From assembly GCF_036321535.1 (NCBI RefSeq), contig NC_087436.1, positions 52,330,001 through 52,394,000 of the forward strand: a stretch of DNA of 64,000 bases. The letters are read 5' to 3'. This DNA comes from Camelus dromedarius. Lineage: Eukaryota. The position numbers and the translations under genes were made by a program. Of the stretch, positions 25,501 through 37,943 are shown piece after piece. The notes beneath the pieces were generated by a model. It did not search any database. It was not told the origin of the DNA and was given only the letters and a program-made list of their open reading frames with translations. Every line of letters starts with the position of its first letter. Position 1 is the stretch's first letter.

Positions 25501-26590
25501 AAATTAACACAAAATTGATTATCACATGGATAATTGCTATTTCATTTTTAACTTGTTTGAGGTTGACTAAAATTTTTGGATCTGTAAGTTTTTATTATCC
25601 TCAGATTAGGAACAATTTTGATCTTTTTTTTTAAAGTATTTTTCTGCCGTTTTAATTCTCTTCCTTGTACAACTTCAATTACAGATTTTTATCAGCTTGT
25701 TTTGTCTCACAGTCAGTGAGGTTTTTTCCTTAATTTCTTATCTTTGTTATTCAGTTTGGCTAATTCTTTTGATTTGTCTTCAAATTCACTGACATTTCCA
25801 TTTCAGGTATTGTACTTTTCGGTTCTAGAATTTCCATTTATTCATTTTAAATTGTTTTTATTTATCTGCTGTGATTTCCACTTGTTCATTCATTTTGACC
25901 ATTTTTTCCTTTAAGTCAGTTTTCTAACATATCTATATTAACTACTTAAAACTCCTCATCCATTTACTCTAACATATCAGGGTCAGTTTTCACTGACTAC
26001 TTTTTTTCATGATTATGAGCCACATTTTTTTTTTTATGACTATGAGCCACATTTTTTTTTTGATAACTAATGATTTTTAATTATATGATGAATATTGTAT
26101 ATAATGCATTATGGATACTTTTTATTCTGGTCTGTTCCTCTAAAGAATGGTGATTTTTATTTTAGCAAGCGTTTAACTTTGGTAGCAACCAAACTCTAAA
26201 TTTTTTAACCCCTCCTGTAATATAGTGATTGAGACCTTTGTTCATTTCTCTCAGCCTTCAGCCCGGCTCCTTAATGTCTCCCTTGTATATTTATAGTTCC
26301 AGTTTCAGCCCAGACGTAGGGCAGAATTTATACAGCATTGTGAGCCCTTCTTCATTTCTACTCTTACTTTCTAGCCACTCTGGAAGTCCCAGATTCTATC
26401 CTCTGACTCATCAAGTCACTAAGACTATGATCTCTTTTTGAGTTCCAGCCATCCCACAGAGTGTGGACCAGGGTTGTATCTACAGGAGAAAAGCTGCACA
26501 AATACAGATTCACTTAGTACCATTTTCTTATCTCCAGAGTTGATTACCCTTGAATTCTTGATTACTTTTAATCTCCAGTGCTTTTAAATA
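22510..26590 (-). mobile_element. Long decayed L1 (ORF2 5' half, ORF1 and 5'UTR pieces), interrupted by MLT2
   Basis: Continuous antisense L1 motifs (gaagtggtgagagcaga, gagagaggagtgttaaaatctccaa, gtagaattctggattggcag). Confidence 0.8.
24972..25526 (-). mobile_element. ERVL solo LTR (MLT2C/D-like)
   Basis: tatattagtcagggttcttcagagaaacagaaccaatagg, (GA)n, gattatggaggctgagaag...ttatcaca. 5-bp TSD tgg(c/a)t at 24967-24971 and 25527-25531. Confidence 0.9.
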
Positions 26591-26859
26591 TTGGAAGTGG
26601 AACTGCTAATATCTGTAAGTCTTTTCTCTGAAACAGTGATTGAAATGACTCAGAATTATTTGCTTAAAAGGAAAGAGTTCCTTGGAACAAACCACGTTTA
26701 AGCAACATTTATGTTGAAAATTCTAGTTTTATTACATTTTCATAGCATGGTGCTATGCCAGAGAGGAAAATCATTCTCTATGTTTGTCTCTTATCACAGA
26801 TAAAATTTTCATGGCTATAGTTACGTGGAGTTGATCAACGGATACTCAGAAGTAACATT

Positions 26860-27400
26860 TTAAGAGTCTTAGCCATGTGCTTAACCTGTACTAGGCACCT
26901 AATGCAGATTATTTTATTTAATCCTTGCAAACCTCCAGTAAGGTAAATACTAACATTATCATTATATACATGAGGAAACTGAGTTTAAATAACTAGTTAA
27001 CTCACTACTGGTGAGTGATAAAGTTGGAATTTAAGACCAAGAACTTTGTCTTCCAAATTAACTCACAACCCCATTAGTTTCCTGTCTCTCTATCATTATT
27101 GAGAGGACATTTAGAAATCCCTTTTAGGGAAATCTAGCAGTATGAGGTCCTTTCTTGGAACAGAATAGTCAGGTAGGTTCTAAATTTTGTGTGCCTTCTC
27201 TGTACCAGGCACTTCAGTCTGTTTATAAATATTATCTTATTTACTTTTTGTGATAGCCTTATTATTTACATTTTACAGATAAGAAAACAGTGACCTTGAG
27301 AGTTTTATATAACAAGCCTAAGTCAGACTTTGACAAGGCAGGACTTGGAACACAAATATCCCAGGTCCTTATCATTTTATACTGCCTTCTACTCCGTGGT
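26860..27400 (-). mobile_element. Two MIR SINEs (~26860-27090 and ~27190-27400)
   Basis: Core motifs atgaggaaactgag and ttttacagataagaaaacag. Confidence 0.65.
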
Positions 27401-29269
27401 GCTGCCTCTTCTGTTCCAGTCTCCCCTCCACATCTCATTTGACTTCCTCATCTGTTATTCTCACTCCAGTCTAATTCAGAACCATAAAGATGATGGCAAA
27501 GGAGTGAAATGAGCTCCAAAAGAAGTAAGAATAAACAATAATAAACCAAAATCTTATTAGTTATCTTCACTATTATAAAGTGGTTCTTGCTGTATTCTTT
27601 TAATATGTTCCCTTTCTTCTTTTTTTTTTTTTTGATTGAGCACACATTTGGACTTAAAAAATAATACTTGAGATATTTTCATATGCAGATGCTTTTTTAT
27701 CTGCATCACAATGTGGTTTGGTTTCTATAAAAACATGAGCAAAGTCTCAGTGGCTTCCAAGGACATGAATTATTTAGTATTCTACATTAGTTCATCTCAT
27801 TTACTGGAGTATCCCTGGGACATACTCATTTACACAGGAAGGATGTCAGGGGAAACATTTAAAAAGCTATAATAATAATAATGGCCAAATAGAAGTTTGA
27901 AATCATTGTAAACTACCTTCTCTCAGATTGCATTAAAGTGCATGGCGTATTTACAAAATTTTCATGAGGCTTTTAACTTGGCAGAGCCCATTTAAGATAT
28001 CCAAATTACTTATTTGCGTCCTGCTCTGAATAAACTGACTAGATTCAATTACCTGATACCTCGCTCTGAATCACTGTAATCCAGGTCCCTAGTTAATATA
28101 CTCCTTCTGTTGTTTGATTATCTCATTCTTCAAGAGCAAAATTATAAAATCAAGCCTTGAAATGCATAAATCGACTTTCCTCATCTGTGCAATAACATTG
28201 AGTTAAGGAAATTTACTTGAGGGAGATTGGAGTTAATTAGAAACTTCCCACTTGCCTCTCATTTATCCTTCCTTCTTGTCACCAGTCTGTGCTCTGACCA
28301 TGCAATGTGTCGTCGTTTTCAGTTAAACCAGGAAAGTTAATTTCTCGCATGTGCCTTTCTCATCATCACTCCAGGAACAGACAATTGAAATTCCAGTCAG
28401 TTTGATCTGTCATGGCAGATGATTTCCAAACCATCTGCTATCTCAGAAAACAGTCCATCCTGACAACCCCCTAGCAAAGTTACAACTCTGATATTGTACT
28501 TGAAGTCAACACTAAGATTAATAACCTGCCATGGCTAACTGTCAGGCTTTTTGACTAAGCAAAAATAGAGACTCCAGGTTGTACTATCTGGCAAGATGTT
28601 CCAAGTGATAAGGTGAACTCCTGTGTTAATTCTTCATTAGTATGAGAAGTGCCTGGAGAAATTATTAATAATGCCTGTGTCATCCCATCTAAGGGGGGCT
28701 GTTGAATGGGAATTGCCCTTTATCTGTTATCCTACAGAATCTTGTCAGGCATTAATTAAGTCATCCATTAGCCTCCACATATGGACTGGCTATGTATTTA
28801 CCTGAGAGAGATAATAGTTGCTGGTTGTGTTTTGTGAGAAATAGAGTTTTTAAAAATGCTTTTCCATCTTTAAAGGCATAGAACAGAGAATAATCTCTCA
28901 TGTTCTCCTGTGCTAGAGTACTACATTATGTCCAGTCACCAGATCCTTTTAACTCAGTCTGAGGTATTCTCTCCAGTCTGGTCATTCCCTCATCCCTCAG
29001 GCCCTCTTCCCCTTCCTTTGGACCCATTAGAGGAGCCTCTTTCTTGCTTTTCTCTTCATTGCATTCTCCTTCCTCTAGCCCATCTTTCATATTCCACACC
29101 CACATTATCTTCTTTTTTTTTAGGAGACAAATCTTTCCTGCCAAATTGCCCCTTAAAAATCTCTGTGGAGTCTCCATTCCCTAATTTATGAAGCTATAAA
29201 GCTTTACAGTAGCATAAAAGAACATTTTTAATCTGAAGAAAAATGACTCTGCAGCCTTTCTCTCGATGT

Positions 29270-29830
29270 CCAATCACCAGTGTACTGAGCGGTACAGCCA
29301 CACCACGCACCTCACTGTTACCTTACACTCCTCAGTGTTTCTTCTCTCTGCCTTCTGCATACGTACTTTTCCTACGGCGGTCATGTTTAGAGATTTGCTC
29401 CATGTGACACAGTCTCTTTCATTCTTCAGAACTCAGTTTATAGGTTTCCCTATGAGATCTTTTCCACTACTTAAGCCAGAGTCAGAAACTCTTTTTTCTG
29501 AATGCCCATAGCACTTTCATCATAACTGTAAGACTCCTTCCTAATTGTTACTGCAGTGATCTGTTGACATGTTTTTCTTTTAGCAGACTAAAATCTTCGA
29601 GAAGAAAATAAGATTCTATAGTTCTTGACATAACTAGGTTTAACAAAACACCTGCAGTATATTAGGTGTCCAACAATTGTTGCTTAATGCATTGATGCAG
29701 CTGACTGATCATTCCAGGAAGGCAAATATTTGTCTGAGTTTCCAACATTCTGTCTCCAGTGTTTTGAAGAGTGGCTGGTACTACTTAATGGTTATCTATA
29801 AATATTAGTAATGAGGTTAACAAACCAATT
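29270..29830 (+). mobile_element. L2 LINE 3' part
   Basis: ctttcattcttcagaactcagttt...cccatagcacttt...agactaaaatcttcgag...tail. Confidence 0.55.
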
Positions 29831-30017
29831 AATGCATTTGTCCATTCTTTTCTTAAGAGGTACTTACTGAATCATTTGCTGTATTTCTGACATGTTTTGA
29901 TACATACTGCCAATACATAGGAACTGTAAAGTATGTCAAAGAGATTAAAAAACAAGAAGAAATGGAGAGGATAAAATGTGAGAGCTGAAATGGACCTTTA
30001 GGAGTTATGTAGATGAG

Positions 30018-30225
30018 TCATTTTCAAATTATTTTTAGTTGATTGATCTGTTCTTCAAAAGCAGTGCTGTACAAAAACCTAATAAATAAGACAGATAATA
30101 GAATAGGTACTCAGTTTGAAGTAAAAGGTGAAAAGAGAAATCTGCTTTCCTGGTTTCATCTTTTTAGGAGACCCTGGAGACATCCCTGGGAGTCTGCAGC
30201 TCCAAGCTACAGGGTGAAACTGACC
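30018..30225. mobile_element. hAT DNA element (MER103-like) inside a MIR fragment
   Basis: ttttcaaattatttttag...aagacagataatag...cagtttgaagt. Flanks (gaccttta ggag / gaccaaccccctt...gaactaag) are MIR-like. Confidence 0.4.
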
Positions 30226-30854
30226 TAGACCAACCCCCTTGCTTTGCATATGGGGGAACTAAGATGGAGAATGGCTGAGGGACTTGATAAATGTTAGAAA
30301 GTCTTAGAAAGTGTTAAAAAGTGTTAGAAAGAGAACAATATTGCTAGATCCACCGACTTCCATTTTTGTTTGTTTTTGTTTTGTTTCTATTCATGGGAAC
30401 CAAGCTTGGAGGATCACAAGTAAACCTGACATAAAGGACTGGGTAGTTGCCAGCAACTCTTACGAACTACAGATACTCAAGGTGCCAGTAGATAGCAAAT
30501 GAAAGACAATCATTGCGAAGGTAACAGAAATGCTTATGTAAGAAGCTACACTTTAAGATAATAAAAATGGTTTGGAAAAGAGGAGGTGAAAAAAACAGAG
30601 TTAGAGTAAAAGGTGTCTGATAAGGAAAGTTTCTGGGCTGAAGTGATATTACCTTCTGTTAAGGACAAGGTTAAAGGGTCGCTTGTGAAAATTTCATGTT
30701 CTGAAAATGCTATTACCTCTTGAACTAACCATTAAGAGATAACCATTTTTAAGTAAAAATGGATCTTGAAGATTGTGTAATAACAATCTTGAAGTAGAAT
30801 AAGGTAGTTAAATGTCAACCCTCAATTCTTTTTCCTTGCTTTGCTGTCTTTGTA

Positions 30855-31288
30855 GGAAAGCATGTCACTGACCTGCTTATAATCCATCAATAGCTCTTCA
30901 TTTTCTTATGGATGCAAATCAAATTCCTTGGCAGGACATACAAGTTGTACCTTCTTTCACTTTTCCAACCTCAGCTCTCTTAAAATTTCCATTTCCATTC
31001 CATACTATGGCTATGTGTTCATTATGCACACACTTCGCATTTCTGAAGCTTTGCAATTGCTGTTTCCTGACTGCAGGGCCCCCACCATGCAGCTTTACAA
31101 TAATGCTCTGTCCCCTTTCCCTCTTAAAACTTACCAACCTGTGTGATAAGCATCTGCTGTATGCTGCGCTAGACAGGAATTGTGCCGTACACCATTGTAT
31201 TGTCTATATTTACACCCCACTTGATGTCATGTATTGTATGATATTAAGTGGGGCTTCAGTAAATAGTTCTGGATGAATGGATGAATCA
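30855..31288 (+). mobile_element. L2 LINE 3' part
   Basis: catgtcactgacctgcttataatccatcaatagctc...ggatgaatggatgaat tail. Confidence 0.55.
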
Positions 31289-32353
31289 ATATATTGATAG
31301 TTTCAATTTAATCTAGAATCCATTTGACTGGAATAATATATGTGACTTCAGGGATGCCAAAAATCCTGTTTATTTCTACATCTCTCCCAATGTGCCTGCC
31401 TGAAATTTCTGTCGTCTTTTTTTTTGCTTTTCTTCTGTAGTGTTCAATACTTTCTGAATGTTTTACAGATGCATGCATTGCATTAAAAAGCTAATCATCA
31501 CCAGAATAAAAAATCCAAGGAATTGAGTTCTTTTGGTTAATTCAATCATACAAATCCTGTTTATAAAAGCAAGTGAATTATTTGCTAGAAGTAACGTGTT
31601 GATATCCAAATACTCGGTTTTACCTCAACAGGAGAGCCAGCACTGGAATAGTGGAGTGGTAAATTTTAATAAAAAGTCAAATAGATCATGATGGTGGGAT
31701 ATTGTGGGCAGTTTAGGATGAGCATGATGAGCATAATGACTGGGAAGAATGAGGTCAGAAGAGGAGACTGGTGTTTATGGAAGCAGAGAGAAGAGCAAAG
31801 AAAAATGATATTAGATGATGCTGAATTCAAATGTCATCATAAAATTTGTAATGTAGTCTTCCTGTTTATATAACATTTCTCTTAGAGTGGATGGTACATA
31901 TTTTGAGAAGGAATACCCCATGTCCAAGTTTATAGTTTGAAATCTATATATCACAAAAAATGAGGCTTTTATTAGCTGACTTTCCTTAAAAGATGAAACA
32001 AATATCACAACCATTTAATGCTGAGAGAACCAAAGAGAAGAATTAATTATAAATTAAAGACAATTTTGAAATATATCTCTTTAAGATCCATAACTGGAAT
32101 GATGACTTGAATCACAGATTTTAATTTCAACATTAATCAAAATCACAGATGCAATCCTGACATTAAAATATTTGACTTTGATAAAAACTATTATCATAGT
32201 TGATCTTAGTAGCTATCACAGTAATAAAATTTAAACACTAACCAGATGAGGAGCATTAAAGAAATTACAATAATTGATACAACTGAAAAAAAATCACTCT
32301 TGGTAGTTAACAAAATACATACATATCTAGTTTATCTATAAAAATATTTTTAG

Positions 32354-33557
32354 AACTCCTAGAAGAAAACACAGGAAAAAATGTCCTTGACATGGGCCTT
32401 GGCAAGGATTTTTTTGGATTTGACACCAAAAGCAAAAGCAATAAAAGCAAAAATAAACACATGAAACTGTATCAAACTAAAAAGCTTCTGAACAGCAAAA
32501 GAAATGACCAACAAAATGAAAAGGCAACCTAAAAAATGGGAGAAAATATTTGTAAATCACACATCTGATAAGAAATTAATCTGAAATATATGAGGAACTC
32601 AGACAACTCAATAGTAAAAAACATTACTCCAATTAAAAATGCGCAAAACACCTGAATAGACATTTTCCAAAGAAGATGTTCAAATGGTCACTAGGTACAT
32701 GAAAACGTGTTCAATATCACTAATCATTATGGAAATGCAAATCAAAACCACAATTAGATATTATTTCACACCTGTCAGAATGGCTGTCATCAAAGAGACA
32801 AGAGATAACAACTATTGGTGAGGATGTGGAGAAAAGGAAACCTTTGTGCACTATTGGTGGAATGTAACAACAACAACAAAAAATTAGAACTACCCATATG
32901 ATCCAGCAGTTCTACTTCTGAATATATATTTGAAGGAAATGAAATCACTATCCCAAAGAGATAACTGCACCCCCGTGTTTATTGCAGCATAACAACCTAA
33001 ATGTCCATTGACAGATGAATCAATAAAGAAAAGGTGCTATATATGTACATAATTGAATACACTTCAGCCAGGAGAGAGAAGGAAATCCTGCCATTTGTGA
33101 TAACACAGATGGACCTTGAGGGCACTGAGGGCATTATGCTCAAAGAAATAATTCAAACCGAAAAAGACAAGTACAGTATCTAAAAAACACAAACTCATTG
33201 AAACAAAGAATGCATTGGTGGTTGCCAAAGGCAGGGATTGGGATAGGGGAATTGGGTGAAGGTGGTCAAAGGTACAAACTTCCAGTCACAAGATAAATAA
33301 CTTTGAGGGATGTAATGTACAGCATGATGTTTATAGTTAATAATATTGTATCATGTTTTTAAAAGTTGCTAAGAAAATAAATTTTATGAGTTCTCACCAC
33401 AAGGACAAAAAATTGTAACTATATGAGATGATAGATGTTAACCAAATTTATTGTGGTAATTATTTCACAATATATACACATATCAAATCATTATGTTATG
33501 CACTTTAAACTTACACAATGTTATACATCAGTTGTGTTTCAATAAAACTGGAAAAAA
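32354..33557 (+). mobile_element. L1MA9-like 5'-truncated L1 (ORF2 end + 3'UTR)
   Basis: aactcctagaagaaaacacagg...gggtgaaggtggtcaaaggtacaaacttccag...caataaaactggaaaaaa. Confidence 0.9.
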
Positions 33558-33937
33558 TTTATTTTCAGTTTAGACCGCAAAACAAAATTGAATTCTGTGC
33601 TGTATATAAGAATGCCACTTAGAACAAAAAATTCATAAAGTTTAAAATAAAATAATAAACAAAAGTTTATCTGCTAAATGCAAACAAAAAGAGAGCTGAG
33701 ATCATAATCTTAATATCAAACAAGGTAGAATTTAGGTCAAAAAGCACTAGCTGAAACAAGAATGTCTAAAGTACAATTTTAAATAAAAGTTAATCGTTTT
33801 AGAATATTTATCAGCTGATAACATAGTAAAATCTTTCATAAAGCAGAAATTGCATGAGATAATAGAAAAATAAAAAGCACAAAATTGATATGAGACTTTA
33901 CTTCTCTGAGTCCAAAATATATCAAATAGATAAAATT

Positions 33938-35050
33938 CAGGTATCATTTCTTTGCATGGCTGTAATATGCACACATTTCAGTTATTGTGGTTCAACAACA
34001 ACATACTTCAAATTTCTGCTACCATGCTATATTAACTGTGACACAGACTTTGCTGTCAGCCTTTCATTCCATAAATTGCTGTGTAAATAACAGATGCACA
34101 TCCTGATCAGTGACAATGTCACTTCTTTCAAAGTTTGTTGGTGATCGGTCACAGATCATCTCTTACTCAGATCACTAACAGGCAGTAAAGTGTGTAGTTG
34201 TGTTCCCTCCTTGTCTTTCAGTGATAACCCTACATGATGTTTTATAAAAATAGATAATTTAAAAAGAGAATTGGCCAAAAAACATGAAAGTGTAGCAAAG
34301 AAGTGAAAAGTGATAATGCTTCCAGTGAAATTTGAATTGATGTTAATGAAGTCATAGATGAAATAGCTGACCATGGGAATGTTGACACTATTGCTGCTTG
34401 AAAGATTCTAGATGGCAGCCAGAGGAACTCAGTGAAGCCAAACATCAACATAAATGAGGAAAATGGTTGTGGTGGAAAGAATGAAAAAGTCCTGGAGGAA
34501 GTGATATCAACCAAAAAACTTCACATTACAGGAATTCTCAGACAATCATCAACATAAATGAGGGAAATGGTTGTGGTGGAAAGAATAAAAATGTCATGGA
34601 GGAAATGATATCAGCAAAAAAACTTAACATTGCAGGAATTCTCAGAGATGTTTTGTAACATTCAAAATATATAAAGGACTAAATATTGGAAGTTGATCCA
34701 AACTTAGAAAGAAGTACGGCATTATGCCAAAGCATGGACAAAAATGCTTGCTCCGTAAAGTAAGTCATATGATGAGAATATCGAACACTCTTGGTGAGTT
34801 TTTTGCAAAGCAATAGAATACTTGAATTCTCAATGTTTCTAATGTTTTAAATATTAAATACAAATTATTTTATAATTTTTTATTTCTCTATAAATTGTAT
34901 CTAATAGAAAGAGAATATTTAATATTTTGACAGAAATTTTCTGAAATCATAGACCAGATTTTTCCAATTGATTATTAAAAAGCCTTTCCCTGATTTCAGT
35001 TTGTATGGTCATTTTTACAAATCTACACTACTGGACAAAGCAAGTACCTC
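33938..35050 (+). mobile_element. Tigger (TcMar, Tigger6-like) non-autonomous element with internal 104-bp tandem duplication
   Basis: Degenerate TIRs caggtatcatttctttgca / acaaagcaagtacctc, plus transposase-remnant sequence (gatccaaacttagaaagaagt). Confidence 0.75.
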
Positions 35051-36484
35051 TTAAAAAGGAAAGATTCAGAAAGCCTAAATGACATGAATAAGAAGGTAAA
35101 GTGGATGAATATATATCAGACTCAATCCCCTAATAACAGAGAACGTTTGTCTTCGTTTGTCTACCGTACATTCACAAAAATTACAAGTATTTGGGGCTTC
35201 AAAAATAAAACATCAAAAAATTCCAAAAGATAGAAATATTACAAACAAAATTCTTTGAGCATCATTGAATAAAATAAGAAACCATTTACAAAATCAGAAA
35301 AAATAGTCTCCTCCTCCTAGAAATGTAAAATGCCTATTTTAACAACTCTTGGTCCAAAGAGAAATACAAGGTTAAAACAGAAACTATAGGATACAGTGAA
35401 AGCCCTAATCAAAGTGAAGCTTATAGCTGAAAATTTTTATCAGTAAAAATAAAAATTTGGGAATATAAAGTAAGCATTTGATTTCAAAATTTAGAAAATA
35501 AAAGTGGAAGAATGGAAACAAAAAAGGAATTAAATATAAAAACAAAATTTAATAAGTTAGAAAATAAAAGAATACATAAAAAACTAATTTGTTAAAAATT
35601 TAAATAGTAAGTAAATAAAGTAGTCTAATCACAAAACAACAATACACAAGTATATAGAATGAGAAATAAAAAGTAGTAATAACCACATAAAGAAATAAAA
35701 ATTATGAGTTTAAAAACACTATACAAATAACATGTGACCTTAGATAAAAGGGATAATTTTTCAAGAAAACATAATTTATAAACTGATTCAGAAGAGGAAG
35801 AAACAATAAGCACATGTTTCCACAAATAAATACAGTTGTCAAAGAGGTAACCTTCCAAAAGCATCACATCCAGACAGTTTCACTGTGGAATTCTAGTAAT
35901 TTAATTCTAATACTATTGGAATTAAATAATATTGACGTAGTTAATTCTAATTATATTGAATTTTTTCCAGGGCATAGAAAAATATAGAAAACTTCCTAAT
36001 ACTTTTTTATGACAAGGATGTAATATTGACAATAAAACTGGGAAAACATTATAAAAACTATAGACAAATCTTTCTCACACATGTCAGTAAAAACAATTCA
36101 AAATAAAATACCAGAAAATAGAATTAAGGAGTTCACAAAGGGTAACACAATTGGAACAAGAGGAATTTATTCTAGAGGAACAAGAATGTCTCAATATTAA
36201 TAAATCCATCAATGAAATATATTAGTGTATTTCTGTGATCATCTTTGTAGGTGGTGCAGTGACGTTTGCCAACATTTAATACATTTTTGAATTGTAAGAA
36301 CTATCACTTACTAAATAGAAACTGAAGGATACTTAACAATTTCATGTATGCCAACGTATAATTAGCTCCAAAGCCAGTATTGTAGTTAATGGAGGAATTC
36401 CTGACAAAGTTAGGAAAAACACAGTGATATTAGCTATACTAATTACTGTAACTAATATTACAGTACTATTAACATTGTATTAGA

Positions 36485-36633
36485 AGGAGGAGGGTATAGC
36501 TCAAGTGGTGGAGCATATGCTTAGCATACACAAGGTCCTGGGTTCAATCCTGAGGACTGCCTCTAAAAACAAACAAACAAATAAATAAGCAAACCTAATT
36601 AACCTCCCCCCCACAAAGAAACTATAAAAAAAC
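36485..36633 (+). mobile_element. Camelid tRNA-Ala-derived SINE (vic-1 type, long form)
   Basis: gagggtatagctcaagtgg (A box) ... ggttcaatcc (B box) ... aaacctaattaacctccccccc + A tail. TSD cattgta(t/c)taga at 36473-36484 and 36634-36645. Confidence 0.92.
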
Positions 36634-37545
36634 CATTGTACTAGAGTTATAAGTCAATGCAATTAGACGAGAAAAAGATATTAGAGCTATAGAAGTTAGG
36701 AGGAGGTGGTGAAAATATTCTTATTTTAAGAAAAAATAACTAACTGGAAATCCAAGATAATTAACTAAAAAAATCCAATAATGTAAAGGATGTTAAAATT
36801 AATACTCACAAGTGTATAATTTTTGTATATATATATATATATGCTGTCAAATACAAGATATAATGAATCAGAAAACTATGTATATGACACCAGCAAAAAA
36901 AAGTCTAGTAATTAACCTGATAATAAATATGTAGAACCTGTATGAGAAAATATTTAAAACATTCCTAAAATACACAAGAATTGTATTAAGCAAACAAACA
37001 CAGATCATATTTCCAGTTAAGAGTCAACGTTAAAAGTTGTCAGTTTTCCTAAGTTAATTCACATATTCAGTGTGATTACAAAAAAAACACAAACTTTCCT
37101 GAAAATAGATAAGATGATTTTTAAATTTATATAACAAGAAAAGATACGAAAATTAGAATACTCAAAAGAATTAAAATGTTTGACTGCAAAATTTCAAAGT
37201 AAAATATAGGCAGCTTGCTCTTTAATGCTCTGGGTGGTCTTGCCTTCCACTTCAGGTATCATGTCTGTCTATATACCTTTCCAAATTGGGTCCTTCCAAG
37301 GAAGGTGAATTTGTTGCTTAGAAAAGTAAGATTTTGATCATTTGGTTATTTAAGTGTTACTCTTATTAGCCAGAACCCCCTGCTCTCCAGTCCTCAGATT
37401 CATTCATTGTTTCTCATCAGTCCCTCTGCCTTCTTCACCCACTCACATTAACCATAAACTCATAAAGGTTCATAAAATGACTTTTTCCTGCCTTCCTATG
37501 AACTTGAATCTCCTTTTAGATATACTGTCAGATAGCATATATTCT

Positions 37546-37943
37546 TGTGCAGCCAAGAAGGTGCACATGTTTAGATCTCTCTTTAAGAAAGAACTTGCCC
37601 TTCAGCTGCAGGCAGTGCAGGAAGCTGACAGCCTCTTGCTGTCCCTGTTTTCAAACTTCATCTCAGCATTCCAGCCAGGACCTCACTCTTTGCTGGAAGT
37701 CCCCAACCTTACTGGCTGAGCTACTAGGGTCCAGCTGTTTCTGTCCAACCTGGGACTTCTCTTATGGGTTAGAGAGCTGCCTATTGGGTTCGACAAGAAT
37801 TTGTTAGATCTGCATTGCACTCTGAGGCCCTCCTTGACCAACCTTCTTCCTTCCCACCTCTCCTTTCCCAGGATTTAGAGACCAGTAAACCTCTTGTACT
37901 CCTAACTTTGTCTCAGTCAACTTCCTGAAGGACCTGCTGACCA
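37546..37943 (+). mobile_element. ERVL solo LTR (LTR16C-like)
   Basis: agatctctctttaagaaagaacttgcccttcagctgca...agctgacagcctc...agatctgcattgcactctgaggc...taaacctcttgtactcctaact. Confidence 0.85.

Larger units (their letters stand above)
31960..37190 (+). mobile_element. Ancient L1 (ORF1 end/ORF2) hosting three younger insertions
   Basis: A-rich sense L1 ORF2 motifs resume after each insertion (aatgcaaacaaaaagagagctg, cagacagtttcactgtggaattcta, caatgcaattagacgagaaaaaga). Confidence 0.7.

Noticed and set aside
34439..34646. CRISPR-like or satellite array
   Set aside because: There are only two adjacent units with no spacers, in mammalian DNA. This is a simple tandem duplication.
36488..36560. 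tRNA-Ala(AGC)-like gene (also 18200-18271)
   Set aside because: These are SINE heads: they have A-rich tails, TSDs and degraded stems.
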